Origin: an uncultured Chloroflexia bacterium
GTDB lineage: Bacteria; Chloroflexota; Dehalococcoidia; DSTF01; WHTK01
NCBI GenBank assembly: GCA_963768705.1
Contig: CAVYJE010000001.1
Span: 65,122 to 129,121 of the forward strand
Reading direction: 5' to 3'
DNA: 64,000 nucleotides
Part shown: positions 59,775-64,000 of the stretch, one piece after another
Position numbering within the stretch: the first letter of the stretch is position 1
Layout: the number at the start of each line of letters is the position of its first letter
The notes under the pieces: model-generated
The model's input: only the letters and a program-made list of their open reading frames with translations
Told to the model about the DNA's origin: nothing
Databases searched by the model: none
Made by a program: the position numbers and the translations under genes

Positions 59775-60893
59775 CTAGTAGTCGAAGGGCAGGTGGTACA
59801 GCTCGCAGCAGTTGGCCACTGTGATGCGGTAGCGGTCCTCCGCCGAGACGCCGTCGAAGATCTCGTCCAGGACGGCCTGCGAGCGCGGGAACGTGGAGTC
59901 GTGGTGGGGGAAGTCGCTGCCCCACATGAGGTTGTTCACGCCGATTTCGTTGCGTGTCATCACGCCGACCGCATCGTCCTCGAACGTGGCGAGGAAGTTG
60001 CGGTGGAAGTAGAAGGTGCCGGATTCGGTGACCTCTTCCGGGATGATGTGCGACGGCACGCGGTGGATCGACCAGTCGAGGCGGTTGAGGAACTGTGCGA
60101 TCCAGCCCGTCTCGAACTCGGTCTGCACGAAGCGCAGGTTGGGGTAACGGGCGCAGACGCCGCTCCAGATAAGGTCACCGACTACCTTGGCCATGCCGGT
60201 GGGCCAGAGGCAGTAGCTCATCACCGGACCCCAATCGGGCAGGCCGTGGTTGGGCTGGGCGGAGCAGTTGACGTGCATGATCAGCGGCATCTCCAGCTCC
60301 TGCGCCGCGGCCCAGAACGGCTCGTAGAACTCGCGGTCGGTGTACGGGCGGTTGGCCGGAGGCACGCAGGGAATGTTGGCACCGACGTGGCCCATCTTCT
60401 TCACCCGGTGCAGCTCCTCGACGGCGTCATCGATGTCCAGGAGAGAGATGCAGGCCGACGGGAAGAGTCGATCGGGCGCCTGGCTCGTGTAGTTGACTAT
60501 CCAGTCGTTGAAGTTCTTGAACGTGGCCGAGACGATCTCGGCATTGTCGACGGGGTAGATGCCGAACATGACGCTGGGCAGCAGCACTTCAGCGTCGAGG
60601 CCGTCCAGCTTCTGGTCTTCGACGCGCGCCGCCGGGTCGACGATGCTCTTGCGGAGGCCGCGGTAGCCCTCCTTCATCATCGCGATCGTCTCGGGGTCGT
60701 TGGCGAAGTGCCCGGCGATGCCGAAGCGACCGATGTTCAGGCCGCTGCGTCCGTTCACGTGGAGGATGTCGCCGCGTCCCTCTTCGAAGACGATGCGCGG
60801 CGCCAGATCGCCGAACTTGGCTTCCAGCCCGTCGAAGATGTCCGGCGTCTCGACAACATGCGAGTCGGACGAAATACAAAGATCCTTGACCAA
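59775..60893 (-). CDS. amidohydrolase-2 family protein, paralog B
   Basis: ISSDSHVVETPDIFDGLEAKFGDLAP...GRFGIAGHFANDPET...MWGSDFPHHDSTFPRSQ. Confidence 0.85.
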   Translation of the reverse strand: MVKDLCISSDSHVVETPDIFDGLEAKFGDLAPRIVFEEGRGDILHVNGRSGLNIGRFGIAGHFANDPETIAMMKEGYRGLRKSIVDPAARVEDQKLDGLDAEVLLPSVMFGIYPVDNAEIVSATFKNFNDWIVNYTSQAPDRLFPSACISLLDIDDAVEELHRVKKMGHVGANIPCVPPANRPYTDREFYEPFWAAAQELEMPLIMHVNCSAQPNHGLPDWGPVMSYCLWPTGMAKVVGDLIWSGVCARYPNLRFVQTEFETGWIAQFLNRLDWSIHRVPSHIIPEEVTESGTFYFHRNFLATFEDDAVGVMTRNEIGVNNLMWGSDFPHHDSTFPRSQAVLDEIFDGVSAEDRYRITVANCCELYHLPFDY

Positions 60894-61065
60894 AGTGTGC
60901 CTCCGTGTGCGCGCTAGCTCGACAACGCGATCATGATGCGCTAGAAATGTCGCGAGTGTATGGATGCCGTACTCGCAATGTCAATATTCGGTGCATTCTA
61001 GACCAATAAACGATCGTACCTGTTCAGACTGCAGGAAATAGATCACGTATTAGGGAGGCGACCTC

Positions 61066-61218
61066 GTGCAGGCGGCAGTGCAACGAAGCTCTGACGGCCC
61101 GCTGCCATCGCGAAAGATCGACGGCGTCGAGTTCGATTCGCCCGCCCCGAACGAGGTCCTGGTGCGCACCGTCGCGACCGGCGGCCGCAATATTCGACTA
61201 GGTCGCGACGGTCGTTGA
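61066..61218 (+). pseudogene. N-terminal remnant of a zinc-type (MDR) alcohol dehydrogenase
   Basis: Own translation gives VQAAVQRSSDGPLPSRKIDGVEFDSPAPNEVLVRTVATGGRNIRLGRDGR-stop. The GroES-like fold signature breaks where the GxCHxD zinc motif should be. SD gggagg. Confidence 0.5.
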
Positions 61219-61282
61219 CACGCTCGACCTTGGGTATAACATTAGGTCATTTCCTGACGAACCAAGCTTACGGAGGATCCCA

Positions 61283-62422
61283 GTGGCATACGACGAAGTA
61301 GTGATCTCCTGCGACTCCCACATCGTGGAGGTGCCGGAAATCTTCGATGGCCTGCAAGAGAAGTACGGCGACGAAGCGCCGGGCATCGTGCACGACCCCG
61401 AGAAGGGGGAGGTCCTGAACCTCGGCAGCGGCAAGACGTTCTTCGTCAGCGTGGGCCGCTTCGGCATCGCCGGCCACTTCGCCAACGACCCCGAGACGCA
61501 GGAGATGATCAAGAAGGGCTACGCGGGCCTGCGCCCCGGCGTCCTCGACCCGATCGCGCGCATCAAGGATCAGGACATGGATGGTGTCGACGCGGAGGTG
61601 CTGCTCCCGAGCGTGCTGCTCGGCCTGAACACGCTCCCGAACCCGCACATCATCTCCGACACCTACCACAGCTACAACGACTGGGTGTACAACTACGCCT
61701 CCCAGGCGCCCGACCGCCTCTTCCCCACCTCCTGCGTGCCGCTGCACGACGTCGACCTCGCCATCGATGAGCTGTACCGATCGAAGAAGATGGGGCACTT
61801 CGGCGCCAACATCCCCTGCGTGCCGCCGGAGGACAGGCCGTACTCGGACCCCGCCTACAACCGGTTCTGGGAAGTTGCCCAGGAGCTGCAGATGCCCCTG
61901 GTCATGCACTTCCTCACGTCCGCGCAGCCCAACCACGGCCTGCCGGACCCGCTGCCCTTTGGCACCGGCTACGGCCTGGCGAGCTTCGGCATGTCCCGCG
62001 TGATCGTCGACCTGATCAGCAGCGGCGTGTGCGCCCGGTACCCCGGCCTGCGCTTCGTAGTCACGGAGTTCGAGACGGGCTGGGTGGCGCACTTCCTGCA
62101 GCGCATGGACTGGGCCACGGTCGCCCACTACCGCAACAAGCCGCCGGAGCTGACGGAGTCCTTCAGCCATTACTTCCACCAGAACTTCGCGGTGACCTTC
62201 GAGGACGACCGCATTGGTCTGGCGACGCGGCACGAGATCGGTATCAAGAACCTCATGTGGGGCAGCGACTTCCCCCACCATGACTCGACCTTCCCGCGCT
62301 CGCAGCAGGTCCTCGATGACATCTTCGAGGACGTCCCGCACGACGAGCGCTACGCGATCACGGCCGGCAACGTCAGTGAGCTGTACCACCTGCCCGTGAT
62401 CCAGAAGGCGGTCGTAGGCTAA
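61283..62422 (+). CDS. amidohydrolase-2 family protein, paralog C
   Basis: ISCDSHIVEVPEIFDGLQEKYGDEAP...GRFGIAGHFANDPET...MWGSDFPHHDSTFPRSQ. GTG start with SD ggagga. Confidence 0.85.
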   Translation: MAYDEVVISCDSHIVEVPEIFDGLQEKYGDEAPGIVHDPEKGEVLNLGSGKTFFVSVGRFGIAGHFANDPETQEMIKKGYAGLRPGVLDPIARIKDQDMDGVDAEVLLPSVLLGLNTLPNPHIISDTYHSYNDWVYNYASQAPDRLFPTSCVPLHDVDLAIDELYRSKKMGHFGANIPCVPPEDRPYSDPAYNRFWEVAQELQMPLVMHFLTSAQPNHGLPDPLPFGTGYGLASFGMSRVIVDLISSGVCARYPGLRFVVTEFETGWVAHFLQRMDWATVAHYRNKPPELTESFSHYFHQNFAVTFEDDRIGLATRHEIGIKNLMWGSDFPHHDSTFPRSQQVLDDIFEDVPHDERYAITAGNVSELYHLPVIQKAVVG

Positions 62423-62441
62423 GCAAGACGCGAACTGCAGT

Positions 62442-62476
62442 GAAACGGCGGTGGCTCAACAGGCCGCCGCCGTTTC
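62442..62476 (+). terminator. hairpin downstream of amidohydrolase C (weak terminator candidate)
   Basis: gaaacggcggtggc / gccgccgccgtttc with one mismatch and no U-tract. Confidence 0.3.
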
Positions 62477-62499
62477 GCGTCTGAGAGTTGGAGGTAACG

Positions 62500-64000
62500 A
62501 TGCCTGAACCATCGCCCGTGTTGGCCGTGACGCCCGACTTCGAGGTGACCTGGCGCGACCCCGAGGACGCCAACTACAGCTGGCTGCTGGACGACGCCCA
62601 CTACGACCGCCCCATGCCACCGATGGCCCAGGAAGTCTTCGCGGCGATCATGAAGCGTCAGGGCAGGCGTACGGCCTTCATCAACGGCTACGGTTACGCC
62701 CTCAACAGCGGCCCGACGATGCCCGGCCCAGAGCTGGAGGGCCGCGACGTCTTTCAGGTCTGGCGCGACGAGTACTTCCCGCGCCTCAAGGCCGGCTGTG
62801 CGGACATCCGAAGCCGCGACTACGCCTCGATATCCAGCGTCGAGCTGGCGGAACAGCTTCCCAGCATCTTTACCGAGGCGGCCGAGCTGCACTACCTGTC
62901 CATGGCCGTCGTGCAGCCCTTCCTGGCGCCGACGATGGCGCTGATCGAGTTCTGCGATACGAACCTGGGCGAAGAAGCCGGTCTGCTCGCGGCGACGGCG
63001 CTGCAGGAATCGCACAACGAGACCTCCGCTGCCGCCCTCGCGCTCGCCCGTCTGGCAGACTTGGCGCGAGAGAACCCCGTGCTCGCCGAGATCGTGCGCT
63101 CCGGTCAGACCGAGGGCCTCGATGAGGTCCCCGGCGGCGCCGATTTTGCCCGAGAGCTTCAGCAGTTCCTCGATGCCTACGGCTGGCGCGCCGAACGCTG
63201 GAGCGGCCTGCACATCCCGACATGGGCAGAGTCGCCGCGGGTGCCGTTGCGCCTGATCGCCCGGTTCATGGAGGAGCCTTCGTGGTCGCCGGGCTCGGCC
63301 CTACCGCGTGCGGGTGGTACGAAGGCAGAGGCCGTCGCCCAGATCGAGGCGCGACTCGAGTCCGAGCAGCTATCGGAGTTTCGCCGTCTTCTCGATCGTT
63401 GTCGCGCTCACGTGCCGATGAGCGAGGAGCGTACGTTTCTGCCAGCTCCTCGTCTGGGGCAGCCTGCGCGTCCCCCTCGTCGAGCTAGGCCGCCGCTTCG
63501 CCCAGGCCGGGATGCTCGACTCTCCCGACGACGTTGCCTATCTCTCGACTGACGAAGCCGCGAAGGCCGCCGCCTTGGGCGACCTGCGTTTGCAGGACAC
63601 CGTCTCGAGCCGCAAGCAGGCGATCGATGCGTGGTTGAAGCTGACGCCGCCTTTGCACGTCGGCGTGCCGGCGGCGGCGCGCTCGCTGAGACCGGCTCAG
63701 CGCCTGTTCGTGAAGCACTTCCGCGGCCCGGACGAGCGCGTCCTGCAGGAGGGTCGCGTGCTGCGGGGCCTCGCGGCCAGTCAGGGCGTCGTGCGCGGTA
63801 CCGCGCGCGTGATCCGCGACCTCAGCGACGCCGACCGGCTCGGCACCGGCGAGGTCCTTGTCTGCGGCGTGACCTCGGCGCCCTGGACGCCGCTGTTCGC
63901 CATCGCCGGAGCCGTCGTCACGGACGCCGGGGGCATCCTCGCCCACTCGGCGATTTGCGCGCGTGAGTACGGTATCGCCGCCGTCGTCGGCACCAGCATG
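62500..64000 (+). pseudogene. PEP-utilising-enzyme family protein (PEP synthase / phosphotransferase-like); apparent frameshift near 63436-63442; 3' end off window
   Basis: After the frame switch the C-terminus carries the mobile domain GVVRGTARVIRDLSDADRLGTGEVLVCGVTSAPWTPLFAIAGAVVTDAGGILAHSAICAREYGIAAVVGT. ATG 62500 with SD ggaggt. Confidence 0.7.

Overview
This is a GC-rich bacterial chromosomal segment (by eye about two-thirds G+C; not computed). Gene content, the split b6-type cytochrome b, and lipoproteins with Tat-like signals followed by ACGGDDDD suggest a Chloroflexota-like organism, but that is inference only.

The window is mostly housekeeping:
- A complete F1Fo ATP synthase operon, atpZ-B-E-F-H-A-G-(extra ORF)-D-C.
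- pyrF and purF/purM/purH.
- A b6f-like cytochrome bc operon: a small TM ORF, cyt b6-like, subunit-IV-like, Rieske, and a cytochrome c-cupredoxin fusion.
- The urea-type ABC transporter urtABCDE.
- Several glycosyltransferases.
- A catabolic block at 47-64 kb holding a TPP enzyme, an MBL hydrolase, an SDR, an epimerase, MmgE/PrpD, three paralogous amidohydrolase-2 genes and two orphan family-5 solute-binding lipoproteins.

I saw no rRNA, tRNA, CRISPR array, transposase/integrase or recognisable defence system.

The most notable observations are:
1. A family of short GC-rich palindromic elements. One copy sits in-frame inside purM, one forms the C-terminal tail of a DUF951 gene, and one lies inside the atp operon. 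A related pair forms 35/36-identical terminal inverted repeats around a DUF559 endonuclease gene.
2. An uncharacterised ORF inserted between atpG and atpD.
3. A membrane-anchored cytochrome c-cupredoxin fusion carrying a duplicated inserted domain.
4. A four-repeat secreted protein of unknown family.
5. At least 11 apparent single-base frameshifts, including in purH and the Rieske gene. These look more like assembly or sequencing indels than biology.

I cannot claim a new multi-gene system with confidence. All family assignments come from motif recognition by eye, with no database search.
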